From: Acidobacteriota bacterium
Lineage (GTDB): Bacteria; Acidobacteriota; UBA4820; DSQY01
Assembly (NCBI GenBank): GCA_021814085.1
Contig: JAKAJA010000001.1
Location: 1-34,944, forward strand
Direction: 5' to 3'
DNA length: 34,944 bases
Below are positions 15,970 through 24,206 of the stretch, one piece after another (within the stretch, counting starts at the first letter, position 1; every line of letters begins with the position of its first letter). A program made the translations under genes and the position numbers. Under the pieces are notes generated by a model. The model ran no database searches. It saw only the letters and a list, made by a program, of their open reading frames with translations, and was not told the origin of the DNA.

Positions 15970-16932
15970 TTACGCGACGGTGCGCTCGCCGTATACGAGG
16001 TAGTTGAGCACCTCGGTATGGCCGACCCGCGCCGTGAGGGTGTACTCGATCATGCGTGCGCGGGGGTTCCGCAGCCGCTCAACCGAGATCACCCGCTTGA
16101 ATCCGGCGTACCAAGCCTTCTGGCGGCCGAAGAACCCGACGTGGGCGGGCATGGAAATCAGCTCCTTGACCGGCACGCCCCGATAGCGCAGGCTGCCCTG
16201 CTGGTCCTGCGTGATGGCCGCGTCGCCCAGGCCCGTGTTGCGGCTCTGGTAGGCGTCCCACAGGTCCGAGAAGTCCGTTGTGGAAACCCAGAAGGCGGTC
16301 TGCCCGCCCTTGCGCACCTGCGCGGGGGCGGCGTTGAACATCCCGGCCAGCCACTCCATGACCGTCTCCACGGCGCCGGGGGTGTACTTTGTCCCCGAGG
16401 CCTTGACGAGCTTGATGGCCCCGTTGAAGGTCTGGAGGAACGGGGTGCCAGACGCGGTGTCCCCGTTGATGACGAGATCCTCGAGGTCGTTGGCGACGGC
16501 TGCCATCGACAGGTCGCCGATGATCTGGTCCACCGCGGCGTTCGCCGCGATCTGCCCCGTCTCCTGGGCGGTCTTCCCGATGGCGTCTTCCAGCGCGTCG
16601 TAGGGGATGTTGATGGGGAGGATCACCTCGGTGGGCTCGATTTCGTTCTTCCCCGTGGAGAAGGTGGGGATGGTCGTAGGAGCGGCCCCCGCCACGGCCT
16701 TCTGGAGCTGCCTGGAGGCCATCCCGATGAGCGGGATCGTGCTCTTGTCGCCGCCGAAAATCACGAGGTTGCCGTTGCGCTCGATGTCCTTGAGCAGGAC
16801 GGAAACGTCCTCGGTGGTTTTGATGAACTCCCGGAACGCCTCGGCGGGCATGGTGGACCCAGAGGCCCAGCTAAGTGACGGATCGCCGGCGGCGCGGGCG
16901 AAGATGCGATTGAGGATCTGTTCGATGTCCAT
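15970..16932 (-). CDS. Major capsid protein, HK97-fold type, 320 aa
   Basis: Size, position after the protease/scaffold gene, AGGAGG RBS, and typical composition. Confidence 0.85.
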   Translation of the reverse strand: MDIEQILNRIFARAAGDPSLSWASGSTMPAEAFREFIKTTEDVSVLLKDIERNGNLVIFGGDKSTIPLIGMASRQLQKAVAGAAPTTIPTFSTGKNEIEPTEVILPINIPYDALEDAIGKTAQETGQIAANAAVDQIIGDLSMAAVANDLEDLVINGDTASGTPFLQTFNGAIKLVKASGTKYTPGAVETVMEWLAGMFNAAPAQVRKGGQTAFWVSTTDFSDLWDAYQSRNTGLGDAAITQDQQGSLRYRGVPVKELISMPAHVGFFGRQKAWYAGFKRVISVERLRNPRARMIEYTLTARVGHTEVLNYLVYGERTVA

Positions 16933-16948
16933 GCGCTTCCTCCTGGTG

Positions 16949-18286
16949 TCAGTGGCCGACGAACGCGCCGGCGTAGCGGCTCTTGTTGGGGGTCGGGCCG
17001 TCCACGTGATCCTTGGACTGGCGCTCGGTGGCCATCTCTTCCAGCTTGTCGGTCAAGGCCTTGATGGTGCGGCCCTGCTCGGCGATCTGGGCCTGGAGGG
17101 CCTCGTTGCCCGCGGAGGGAGGCGTGCCCTCGGCGGGTGCCTCGATGGCATCCATCAGGCCCTGGAGGGCGCGGACGGCGGGCTCCGCGACAGCCTTGAG
17201 CGCCTCGTTCCCCGCCACGGCCAAAACGGCCTTCTGCGCGGTTTCGAGCGCCAGGCGCGCCTCGGGGGCGACCGCGACGCGGGCGGGCGGAGGCTCGGGG
17301 ATGACGGGCGCCGGGGTCGGCGTCTCGGGCTTCTGGGGAGCGGTAGAGAGCCCCAGAACCCGCGCGAAGAGAGCCTTCAGGCCCTTTTCCACGCTCTGCT
17401 CAAGCTGTTTCTCGTCCATGGTGGTGTCCTCCTGTGCCCTGCGGCCAAGCGCGGGCGGGGTCTCGTTGAACTGCGCGTAGAGCGCCGCCAGCCGGTCATA
17501 GACTGCCTGGCGCTGGTCGTCTGGCACGGCCACGCCCTTGCGGCCGCCGTTCAGCGCGGCCATGGCCGCAACGAGGCCGTAGAAGTAGAGCGTCAGCTGC
17601 GCGTCTCCGGCGGCGGCCAGCTTGGCCACGGGGAGCGCATAGGCTGCCTTATCGTCGGGGTAGCCGTCCCCGTCCGGGTCTGGAGCGCTGGCGTCGAAAT
17701 AGGCGCAGGCATCAGAGAGCATCGCGCAACCGCCGGCCGCGATAATCCCGTCCGCGTCGGCCTGCCAGTCGAAAGTCCAGGGCGCTGCCTTATCCGCCAT
17801 CAGGTAGTCGCACATGGCGGACCGATAGAGCGTGAACGTACAGTCGGGGTTGCTGGGCCGGTCCACCAGGGAGATCTCAAGGAGGCGATACTTGGTGAAA
17901 ACGAAGACCTCGTGACCGCCGCGCACCTCAAAATGTCCGTCCAGCGGATCGAACCCAATGGAAAAGCCGCGATAGACGTTCTCGTCAACCTTCTTCCACT
18001 CCGCGTCGTCCACCACTCGTGCGCCGATATGCAGCGCCTGGTCATCCAGCTCGAGGATTGGCACCGTGCCGGCGGCCAGGTTGGCGTGCATGGCGCGGAG
18101 CGTGCGCCACTGCTCGTATTCGGCGAGGGCTTCGCGGGTTGCCGCTAGTGCAAAGATGGTGCCATACGAATCTTCGGCCTCGCTTGTGGCGGGGCCGAAT
18201 ACCATTCGCTGCGAGTCGTCTCGGGTGAAGGGGTAGAAGCGCTTGCCGGGTTGCAAAAGGGCCTTCGCGCGCGCGTCTGTTGCCAT
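16949..18286 (-). CDS. Prohead protease fused to a scaffold-like C-terminal coiled coil (Mu gpI/Z-like arrangement), 445 aa from MATDARAK
   Basis: The N-terminal half carries HK97-type protease-like motifs (GFSIGF..., EISLVDRPSNP). The C-terminal third is Ala/Glu/Lys/Gln-rich coiled coil. AGGAGG RBS before the ATG at 18286. Confidence 0.75.
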   Translation of the reverse strand: MATDARAKALLQPGKRFYPFTRDDSQRMVFGPATSEAEDSYGTIFALAATREALAEYEQWRTLRAMHANLAAGTVPILELDDQALHIGARVVDDAEWKKVDENVYRGFSIGFDPLDGHFEVRGGHEVFVFTKYRLLEISLVDRPSNPDCTFTLYRSAMCDYLMADKAAPWTFDWQADADGIIAAGGCAMLSDACAYFDASAPDPDGDGYPDDKAAYALPVAKLAAAGDAQLTLYFYGLVAAMAALNGGRKGVAVPDDQRQAVYDRLAALYAQFNETPPALGRRAQEDTTMDEKQLEQSVEKGLKALFARVLGLSTAPQKPETPTPAPVIPEPPPARVAVAPEARLALETAQKAVLAVAGNEALKAVAEPAVRALQGLMDAIEAPAEGTPPSAGNEALQAQIAEQGRTIKALTDKLEEMATERQSKDHVDGPTPNKSRYAGAFVGH

Positions 18287-18332
18287 GGATAGGCCCCTCC
18301 TATTCTGAGGGTTGCCTATCGGTCGTGCCCAT

Positions 18333-18351
18333 GCCAGCAAGAACGCGAGGA
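18333..18351. repeat. 19-mer GCCAGCAAGAACGCGAGGA, copy 1 (candidate late-promoter box upstream of the protease/scaffold gene)
   Basis: Identical to 22579-22597. Both copies lie in minus-strand intergenic regions, 44-46 nt upstream of a start codon. Confidence 0.8.
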
Positions 18352-18363
18352 ACAAGAAGAAAT

Positions 18364-19137
18364 CTACAGGTTGACCACGGCCACCCAGTAGCAATCGCAG
18401 TTGGGGTGCAGGGGCATCTGCAGCCGCTGGGCGTCCTCAACCGAATACTCCCCGGCGAGATCTCCGCAGGCGCAATTGCCGTTATAGGCCGGGCCCAGTA
18501 CCCACTCCACCTGGTCCACCCGCCCCTTGTAGCCGTCCAGGCGGGCGGCGTTCGCGGCCTTGGCCAACTCGGTGCGGCAGATGCGCTCTATCTCATAGTC
18601 GCTCAGGCTCGATATGCTTTTGATGCGCTCCATCGCCTGGTGCATGTTCTCACCGAGGCGCTGGGCCTCCAAAAGCTGGGCCTGGATGTCCCCGTGCACG
18701 CGGGCGGCCGTTTTGGCGCACAGCGAGACGGACTGCGCCTCGAGGTTCCCGACGATGGCCGGGTCCATCTTGGTGAACACGATATCTGGCTGGTGTAGGT
18801 CCTGGGCCACATCCGCCAGGCCGGCGTCGATCGCCTCCTCCATGGCCCTGATTAACTCGGCTTCAAGAGAGCGTTCAAACTCAGCGGCGGCGGCCTTTAG
18901 CCCGTAATCATCCCAGGCCACCACCCCGCCCTCCTCATGCAGGTCACTGGCGAGCGCCTCCTCGAGCGCGGCATAGATGGATTGGAAATTAACCACCGCC
19001 GCCTTCGTGGCGGCTTTCGGCGCGCCCCCCTTAGCGCGGCAGTGTTCGGGCCGCAACACCCCGAGCCCGGAGAGGCATTGCTCGACCAGACGAAGGACCG
19101 CCCCGCGGTCACTTCTTTGGCGGCAGCTCTCGCACAT
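18364..19137 (-). CDS. Mu F-like (SPP1 gp7 family) head morphogenesis protein
   Basis: C-terminal ...CACGDLAG...MPLHPNCDCYWV motif (HPNC-x-C) typical of the Phage_Mu_F family. Follows the portal gene. Confidence 0.8.
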   Translation of the reverse strand: MCESCRQRSDRGAVLRLVEQCLSGLGVLRPEHCRAKGGAPKAATKAAVVNFQSIYAALEEALASDLHEEGGVVAWDDYGLKAAAAEFERSLEAELIRAMEEAIDAGLADVAQDLHQPDIVFTKMDPAIVGNLEAQSVSLCAKTAARVHGDIQAQLLEAQRLGENMHQAMERIKSISSLSDYEIERICRTELAKAANAARLDGYKGRVDQVEWVLGPAYNGNCACGDLAGEYSVEDAQRLQMPLHPNCDCYWVAVVNL

Positions 19138-20473
19138 CCTGTACCTCAGAGATCATCCTGCGCAGTTGGAGCAGGGCGTCCATCATGCGGCCCGGCGTCG
19201 GCGGGAGGTTCCCCGCCACGAGGTCCTCCACGCGCACGGGGCCCTGGTTCGTGTAGGCGATGTGCGCGTCCCCGATGGGCCCCATGCCCTGGAACCCTAG
19301 GCGCGCCAGCACCTGGTTAGACGTGAGGTCCCCTTTCTCTTGGAGGGCGCAGAGGGCCATGACCAGCTGGTAGAAATCCTCCAGTGAAGACTGTTTGAAG
19401 GCATAGAAGTAGCCCGGGGGCGCGAACTCCCGGGCCACGGCGGTGAGCCTCCGCAGGAAGATGCGTAAGATAGGCTGCGTGACCTCGTTCTTGAAGGTCT
19501 GGTCCTCCTGGTAGGCCGTCGCGTAATTGCTCGCCCCGAGGCTCACCTTGGTGGGCGGCACGTGGGCCTTCGCCAAGATCCGCTGGCGCAAGACCTCCTC
19601 GGCCTTGACGAACGAGCTGTCCTCCTGGTCCTGGAGGAGCTTCTCCACCTTGCCTTCGCCCACCCCGTCTAACAGGCCGATGGCCGCATCCGGCCCCTGC
19701 TGGGCCAGCCCTTTTAGAAATGCCTCAAACCGCTTGGCGCTATCGTCGTCAAGGGCCTCCTTGAGGATCAGCAGGAAGGGCGGAATACCGCCCTTGTTGA
19801 GCAGGGTCCTGTTGTACGAATCCTGCGCGCTCAGACGGTCCGCCGTGCTGGCGAGGGTCTTGACCATGGAACTGCCCAAGCTGAGCGCCGAGGGGTCATA
19901 CTTTCGGATGAGCACCAACTCTGGCGACTTCGCCTTGTTCCCACCGGATGAATAGGGCACGAACTCGGAGACGGTCTGGCCCAGGTAGTTCACCTGAAGG
20001 AACGATTTCAGGTCCCGGCGGGCCCGGATGGTGGCCGCTGGCACATGGTACCAGGCCGCTGGGAGTCCATCCGTCCCACGAACGATCTCAAATCCGCAAT
20101 AGCCTTGAATCCTGTAGTCTGTCGTGAGCGCCTCTAGGCGCTCGCCAACCGTCTCCATGGTCCGCTGGGTATTGTCCAGAAAATCGGCCATCTTCCCGAG
20201 GATCTTTGGCTCCGCCTTCTGCTCCGGATCTGGGCCGATGAATGCCGGCGAGACCTCCGCGGTGCCTACGCCAGTAGCCACCGCGTCAACGGCCGCCGAA
20301 AACCACGGATCAAGATCATAGAGTTGGGCGGCGGAGAGCGGGTCAACCTGCGGCGGGAGATAGCTGGGCAGCGCCTCCTGCGCCACGGACCCATTCTCTT
20401 GGCCCGTGCGCGGATCGAGCACGCGCAGCCCATGCGCCCTGAATCGCCCTGCGGCCTTTTTCCTCTCACTCAT
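19109..20473 (-). CDS. Portal protein, 454 aa
   Basis: Size and position between the large terminase and the MuF-like gene. TAGGAG RBS. Confidence 0.8.
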   Translation of the reverse strand: MSERKKAAGRFRAHGLRVLDPRTGQENGSVAQEALPSYLPPQVDPLSAAQLYDLDPWFSAAVDAVATGVGTAEVSPAFIGPDPEQKAEPKILGKMADFLDNTQRTMETVGERLEALTTDYRIQGYCGFEIVRGTDGLPAAWYHVPAATIRARRDLKSFLQVNYLGQTVSEFVPYSSGGNKAKSPELVLIRKYDPSALSLGSSMVKTLASTADRLSAQDSYNRTLLNKGGIPPFLLILKEALDDDSAKRFEAFLKGLAQQGPDAAIGLLDGVGEGKVEKLLQDQEDSSFVKAEEVLRQRILAKAHVPPTKVSLGASNYATAYQEDQTFKNEVTQPILRIFLRRLTAVAREFAPPGYFYAFKQSSLEDFYQLVMALCALQEKGDLTSNQVLARLGFQGMGPIGDAHIAYTNQGPVRVEDLVAGNLPPTPGRMMDALLQLRRMISEVQDVRELPPKK

Positions 20474-20517
20474 TTTAATGCTCCTAAAGGCCGTCTGGCC
20501 TCACTTTGGGCCACGGG

Positions 20518-21987
20518 TTAAAGGCTTCTAAAACGCGCCTTGCGCCGCTTCCCGCGCCGGTAATCCATCGCGCCCGCAGCCCCATCCGGCCCATCATCGT
20601 GTTCCCGGCCGAGGGGCTCCCAGGCATAAAGTTGTTCGAGCAGGAGCGGCGTGTCGCCGATCTCCCGGCAGAAGAGGAGGTCTCCGGAGTCGTGAAGGGG
20701 TACGAGCCGCTCGATCCGCACGCCCTTGTTCTCTTTGCTGGTGACGGGAGCCAGCGGCAAGCAGTAACCATGGACCAGGGCCGCCCGGTCGAAGTCTCGC
20801 TTCAGGTGCTCCTGGAACCCGTTGCTCTCCAGCGCGAACACCTTCGGGTGCAGCTCCTCGTTGATTCGGTAACAGGCCTCCACCATGCTGTAGATGGTGG
20901 CGTGGCGGATCCAGCATGCGCAGAGGTACTCGCGGGGGTCGTCCTCCGCGGCGCGCCCGATGCCCACCACGGCCTTGTAGTCCCCTTGCCGGCTGGCGAG
21001 CACCGATGGGTCGATGAAGACGATCACGTCTTTCATGTCTCGCAGCTTGGAATGAGGAAAGGCCTGCGTCTTCTCGGGCTGGAAGTAGTGGCTGTCATCC
21101 ACCGGGGCGCACATCATCTCGCGGGCGAACCGCACGAAACCGAGGATGCGCTTGAGGGTGGACAGGACCTTGGTGGGGAACCGCTCGGGCCAGGTGGGCC
21201 GGCCCCGCTTGTCCATCGCCGGGAAGACTCGCCGCAGCCATTCCTTGTATTCGGGGTGGAACAGCAGGGTGCCGATCACGCCCGTACGGTTGATGACGTT
21301 GCCCACCAGGACCAGGCGCCAACCCCTGGCCTCGAGGCGCGGCAACACGGTGGCGAGGATCCACGTCAGCACCTTCTGCACCCGCCGCGGGCTCACGGCC
21401 AGGTCGTCATCCTCGATGTCATCCAGGAGGACCAGGGAGGGCCGGTACTGCCTCCAGCGCAGGCCCCTGAAGGCCTGCCCGGCGCCGCGCGCCTTCACTC
21501 GGACGCCCTGGCGCGTGGCAAAGTCGCCGTCCTCCCACTTCCACTTGCCCTTGAGGTGGCCGAAGTCCTGGAGAATGCGCTCGTTCTCCTCCAGCTCCAC
21601 CTTCACCATCGCGGTGGATTGCGCGGCCAGGTCCTCGGTCATGCCGCCGATGACGATGAAGGGCGCTGTCTTGAAGACCACGGCATGCAAGGCTTCCACA
21701 ATGGTTACGAGCGAAGACTTCCCGAAGCCGCCCGCGCTCGCGATGATCACGGGTCGCTCAGCGACCTGCGCCGCCTCGCTCATGGCCGGGTGGAACGGGG
21801 CGAAGCCTTCATAGAAGTAGTGCGGGAGGTAGGTCTTGGCGAAGTAGATGTGATCCTGCTTGGCTTTGGCCAGGCGCCTGGCCCGCGCTTCGGGTGACTT
21901 CCCTTCGAAGGGCCGGGCCTCCTCGCGCATGGCCTGAAGGGTCTCGCTGAGCTTGGCCTCGAATTCCCGCGGGGAGAGGCGGGGCAC
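20518..21987 (-). CDS. Terminase large subunit, about 489 aa from a GTG
   Basis: P-loop-like IIASAGGFGKSS and an acidic LVLLDDIEDDD Walker-B-like motif. GGAGG RBS 5 nt before the GTG at 21987, one nt after the TerS stop. Confidence 0.85.
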   Translation of the reverse strand: MPRLSPREFEAKLSETLQAMREEARPFEGKSPEARARRLAKAKQDHIYFAKTYLPHYFYEGFAPFHPAMSEAAQVAERPVIIASAGGFGKSSLVTIVEALHAVVFKTAPFIVIGGMTEDLAAQSTAMVKVELEENERILQDFGHLKGKWKWEDGDFATRQGVRVKARGAGQAFRGLRWRQYRPSLVLLDDIEDDDLAVSPRRVQKVLTWILATVLPRLEARGWRLVLVGNVINRTGVIGTLLFHPEYKEWLRRVFPAMDKRGRPTWPERFPTKVLSTLKRILGFVRFAREMMCAPVDDSHYFQPEKTQAFPHSKLRDMKDVIVFIDPSVLASRQGDYKAVVGIGRAAEDDPREYLCACWIRHATIYSMVEACYRINEELHPKVFALESNGFQEHLKRDFDRAALVHGYCLPLAPVTSKENKGVRIERLVPLHDSGDLLFCREIGDTPLLLEQLYAWEPLGREHDDGPDGAAGAMDYRRGKRRKARFRSL

Positions 21988-21988
21988 T

Positions 21989-22534
21989 TCAGCCTCCGGC
22001 CAGGGCGATCTTCCGCCGCGATTCCAGGAACGACTCCACGTGGGCCTCAAGCCTGGGGAGCAGGCTCGGCTCCCCGGCCTTCACATGCGCCACGAAGAGA
22101 TTGAGGATGGCGAAGATGGTGGTCACGGTGAGCTTCTCGCCCCGGAGCCTGTCCACCGCCGTGGTGATTTTCAGGATGGAATCGGCCAGGGGGGCGCTTA
22201 GCTCGCGCTTGCCCTCCTCGACCTCCATGAGCATCTGGAGGAGCTTGCGCTCCAGGATATCCGCCGCGCCGTCCTTGCTCGCAAGCATGGCCCGGCGTTT
22301 CGACTCCCAGCCGCCCTCTTGGGCCCACCGGCCCACCGTGGCGGCGGACCGGTCGAGCACCTTGGCGATGTCCATGATCTTCGCGCCCTCGCGGATGAAG
22401 GCGTGCTCGGCCTGCAACCTCTCTTGAAATTCTGAGTTGCCCTTGGAGACGGAGATAGGGATGGGCGGCGGCTTCTTGTCGTCGGCCTTGTGGTGCTTCC
22501 ACTTGCGTCCTACTATCCCGCCCTTGCGCGGCAT
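21989..22534 (-). CDS. Terminase small subunit, 181 aa from MPRKGG
   Basis: Basic N-terminus, HTH-like IMDIAKVLDRSAATVGRWAQEGGW. First gene after the terminator and immediately upstream of TerL. Confidence 0.7.
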   Translation of the reverse strand: MPRKGGIVGRKWKHHKADDKKPPPIPISVSKGNSEFQERLQAEHAFIREGAKIMDIAKVLDRSAATVGRWAQEGGWESKRRAMLASKDGAADILERKLLQMLMEVEEGKRELSAPLADSILKITTAVDRLRGEKLTVTTIFAILNLFVAHVKAGEPSLLPRLEAHVESFLESRRKIALAGG

Positions 22535-22578
22535 CTGCACCTCGCCGTAGACAGCATGGGAGGGCTGGAGAGCAAGAG

Positions 22579-22597
22579 GCCAGCAAGAACGCGAGGA
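22579..22597. repeat. 19-mer GCCAGCAAGAACGCGAGGA, copy 2 (candidate late-promoter box upstream of TerS)
   Basis: Identical to 18333-18351. The flanking A/G-rich sequence is also similar (AGAA-AAA-C). Confidence 0.8.
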
Positions 22598-22602
22598 GTG
22601 AG

Positions 22603-22631
22603 AAAAAAGCGGGCCCCACAAAGGGGCCCGC
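22603..22631 (-). terminator. Rho-independent terminator ending the middle transcription unit
   Basis: Minus strand reads GCGGGCCCC-tttgt-GGGGCCCGC followed by TTTTTT. Lies 31 nt downstream of the lipoprotein stop. Confidence 0.9.
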
Positions 22632-22661
22632 CTCGTGAACGGCGCGGAGACCAGCGCCCTC

Positions 22662-22961
22662 CTAATGCGTCTCGGTTTTTGATTGCGTCTTGTCGGTGAG
22701 TATGCCTTCCTGGTTGAAGGTGAGCACGACCATGGAGGCCTTCGCCCCTCCGAAGGCCGTGGCGTGGGTGTAGTGCCAGATGAGCACCGACCCGCTCGTG
22801 CTGTCCGTCACCGTGCCGGGCTTCCCGAACAGGGCAATGGCATCCGCCCGCGTGGAAGTCCCGACTGTGAGCTGGTCCGTTAGGGACGGGTCCACCCGCG
22901 AGCCGACTGTCACGCACGCGGCCATCACCAGGATGAGACTCAACACGCCGAACACCTTCAT
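22662..22961 (-). CDS. BamE/SmpA-OmlA-like outer-membrane lipoprotein, 99 aa
   Basis: Signal plus lipobox-like LILVMAA-C. LTVGTSTRADAIALFGKPG... motif typical of the SmpA_OmlA family. AAGGAGGTG RBS. Confidence 0.7.
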   Translation of the reverse strand: MKVFGVLSLILVMAACVTVGSRVDPSLTDQLTVGTSTRADAIALFGKPGTVTDSTSGSVLIWHYTHATAFGGAKASMVVLTFNQEGILTDKTQSKTETH

Positions 22962-23000
22962 CTCACACCTCCTTCTCTGCGTGTGGTTCAGTATAGCGCT

Positions 23001-23648
23001 TCATCGGCCAAAGGGTAGGCTGGGGCGGTGGCGGAAGAAATAGGAAAGTTGGGCTTCCGAGATGCCCGTGGTCAGGGCGATTTCGCGCAGGCTCTTTCGG
23101 GCGGCCCGTAGATCGTAGCACCGCGCGGCCAGCTCGTTCGTCATGTGGACGGGCGTTCCGTTCTTGCGGCGGCTGGGTTTCCAGCGCTCCTCCAGCACAG
23201 TCAACTTGAACCGCTGGAGGTTGATGACCTCGCCCTGAAGTTGGACTAGCCGCTCAAAGCTTACACCGCGTCCCGCCTCGTAAGCCCCCGAGGCGGCGCC
23301 AAGGATGTTCTTGAGGGTCTCCTCCATCTTGTTGAACGCCTTGATGTAGGCCAGCTTGAACCTAATGGCCTCCTTGCCCGTAAACCCCATGGCGAGAAGT
23401 GTGAATCCGTCCCTGGTGATCTCGGCCATGGGCCTGGTTTGCCCATGGTCGTCAAGGTAGGTGACGAGCGCAAAATTGCGCTCGTTGAATTCTGAGGGCA
23501 CATCCAGCTCCCGAATGGTCCTCAGCACATCTCTATGCCGCTTGCCGAAGACCTTGGCCACCTGTTGCGATGTGGTAATGGGGTGGCCTTCCTTCGCGGT
23601 GACGGCATCATGCGGGAGTTCCACCAGCGCTAACCCGTTCGTGGTCAT
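23001..23648 (-). CDS. Rha-family phage regulatory protein, 215 aa from MTTNG
   Basis: TTSQQVAKVFGKRHRDVLRTIREL...TRDGFTLLAMGFTGKEAIRFKLAYIKAFNKME matches the Phage_pRha signature. ATGA overlap with the upstream ORF. Confidence 0.8.
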   Translation of the reverse strand: MTTNGLALVELPHDAVTAKEGHPITTSQQVAKVFGKRHRDVLRTIRELDVPSEFNERNFALVTYLDDHGQTRPMAEITRDGFTLLAMGFTGKEAIRFKLAYIKAFNKMEETLKNILGAASGAYEAGRGVSFERLVQLQGEVINLQRFKLTVLEERWKPSRRKNGTPVHMTNELAARCYDLRAARKSLREIALTTGISEAQLSYFFRHRPSLPFGR

Positions 23649-23863
23649 GGGCAACCTCCTCTCACCATTTGGGTTTCAACGGCTTCGGCGCTCGCCTCGG
23701 CCTCTTCAAGCAGGGACAGGACGACGCCCCAAAGCAAAGGGGCGTCATTGGCGGGGGCCTCTGCGATCCGGGCCGTCACGGCGCGGGCTTGGCAGAGCGT
23801 GCTGTAGAGCTTGGGGAAGTCCTGGGGGTGTCGGAACGGGATGGGGCGGGGGTTGGGTGGCAT
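23645..23863 (-). CDS. Hypothetical protein, 72 aa
   Basis: AGGAGG RBS 5 nt upstream of the ATG. Translationally coupled to the Rha-like gene. Confidence 0.55.
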   Translation of the reverse strand: MPPNPRPIPFRHPQDFPKLYSTLCQARAVTARIAEAPANDAPLLWGVVLSLLEEAEASAEAVETQMVRGGCP

Positions 23864-23871
23864 GCGGGCCT

Positions 23872-24067
23872 CCTATCGTGGCGGTGCGTTTCCCGCCAAC
23901 CCCCTTGCAAAGGGGTGGGCGGAGCCTGCGGGTTGCAAGACCGGCGATAGGACCGGCGAGCCTTTCGGCTCCCCGCAGGACCCGCCCATAAGGAGAGGCC
24001 CTGCCGCGCAACAAAAATGGAGCGTTCTTGGCGCTCCGTCGCGCCTATCGTCCGGGCTTGCAAACCC
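23872..24067 (-). promoter_or_regulatory. Structured 5' leader: a 22-24 nt inverted repeat closing a three-hairpin junction, plus an RBS-proximal third copy of the repeat
   Basis: B (24044-24067) is complementary to A (23930-23951). Enclosed hairpins lie at 24013-24043 (core 24019-24037), 23975-24004 and 23958-23971 (GAAA loop on the minus strand). The CGATAGG of the B arm recurs in CGATAGGAGG at the RBS (23869-23878). Confidence 0.55.
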
Positions 24068-24093
24068 GATTGGGGTACGCCCCCAACAAGGTC

Positions 24094-24123
24094 AATATCG
24101 GTCCGGACGGGTGCGTTTGTCAA
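24094..24123 (-). promoter_or_regulatory. Candidate sigma70 promoter for the middle unit
   Basis: Minus strand reads TTGACA (24123-24118), an 18-nt spacer, then GATATT (24099-24094). Confidence 0.45.
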
Positions 24124-24206
24124 GTGCCTCTCCTCAAACAACCTACTGCGCCTAATCCTCGTTGTAGCTCACCGCTCCGCGGGAGCTAAACTCGGCATTG
24201 GGCTAC

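Noticed and set aside
16607-18148. 513-aa ORF on the + strand. The same applies to 20506..21897 (463 aa), 28176..29357 (393 aa), 5479..6285 and 16018..16878.
   Set aside because: These are antisense shadows of well-supported minus-strand genes in GC-rich DNA. Their composition is Arg/Gly/Pro/Ala-rich and low-complexity, with no RBS and no recognisable motifs.
18320-18351. Sigma54-type promoter (TGGCA...) overlapping the 19-mer on the minus strand, at both copies.
   Set aside because: The GG/GC spacing does not fit TGGCAC-N5-TTGC in either copy, and the downstream element is not conserved between the copies.
18287-18363. Anti-CRISPR cargo slot. In Pseudomonas Mu-like phages, acr genes sit between the head-morphogenesis and protease/scaffold genes.
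   Set aside because: Only 77 nt of non-coding sequence lie here, with no small ORF. The region instead holds the 19-mer promoter-box candidate.
22962-23040. Independent sigma70 promoter for the lipoprotein gene (TATACT preceded by TTGGCC).
   Set aside because: The spacer between the hexamers is only 10 nt. Only the -10-like element is noted, inside the lipoprotein finding.
23864-24206. Retron msr/msd or DGR template-like element, suggested by the long inverted repeat around structured RNA.
   Set aside because: No reverse-transcriptase-like ORF (no YxDD-type motif) was seen in any ORF-track translation. There is also no repeat pair resembling a template/variable region.
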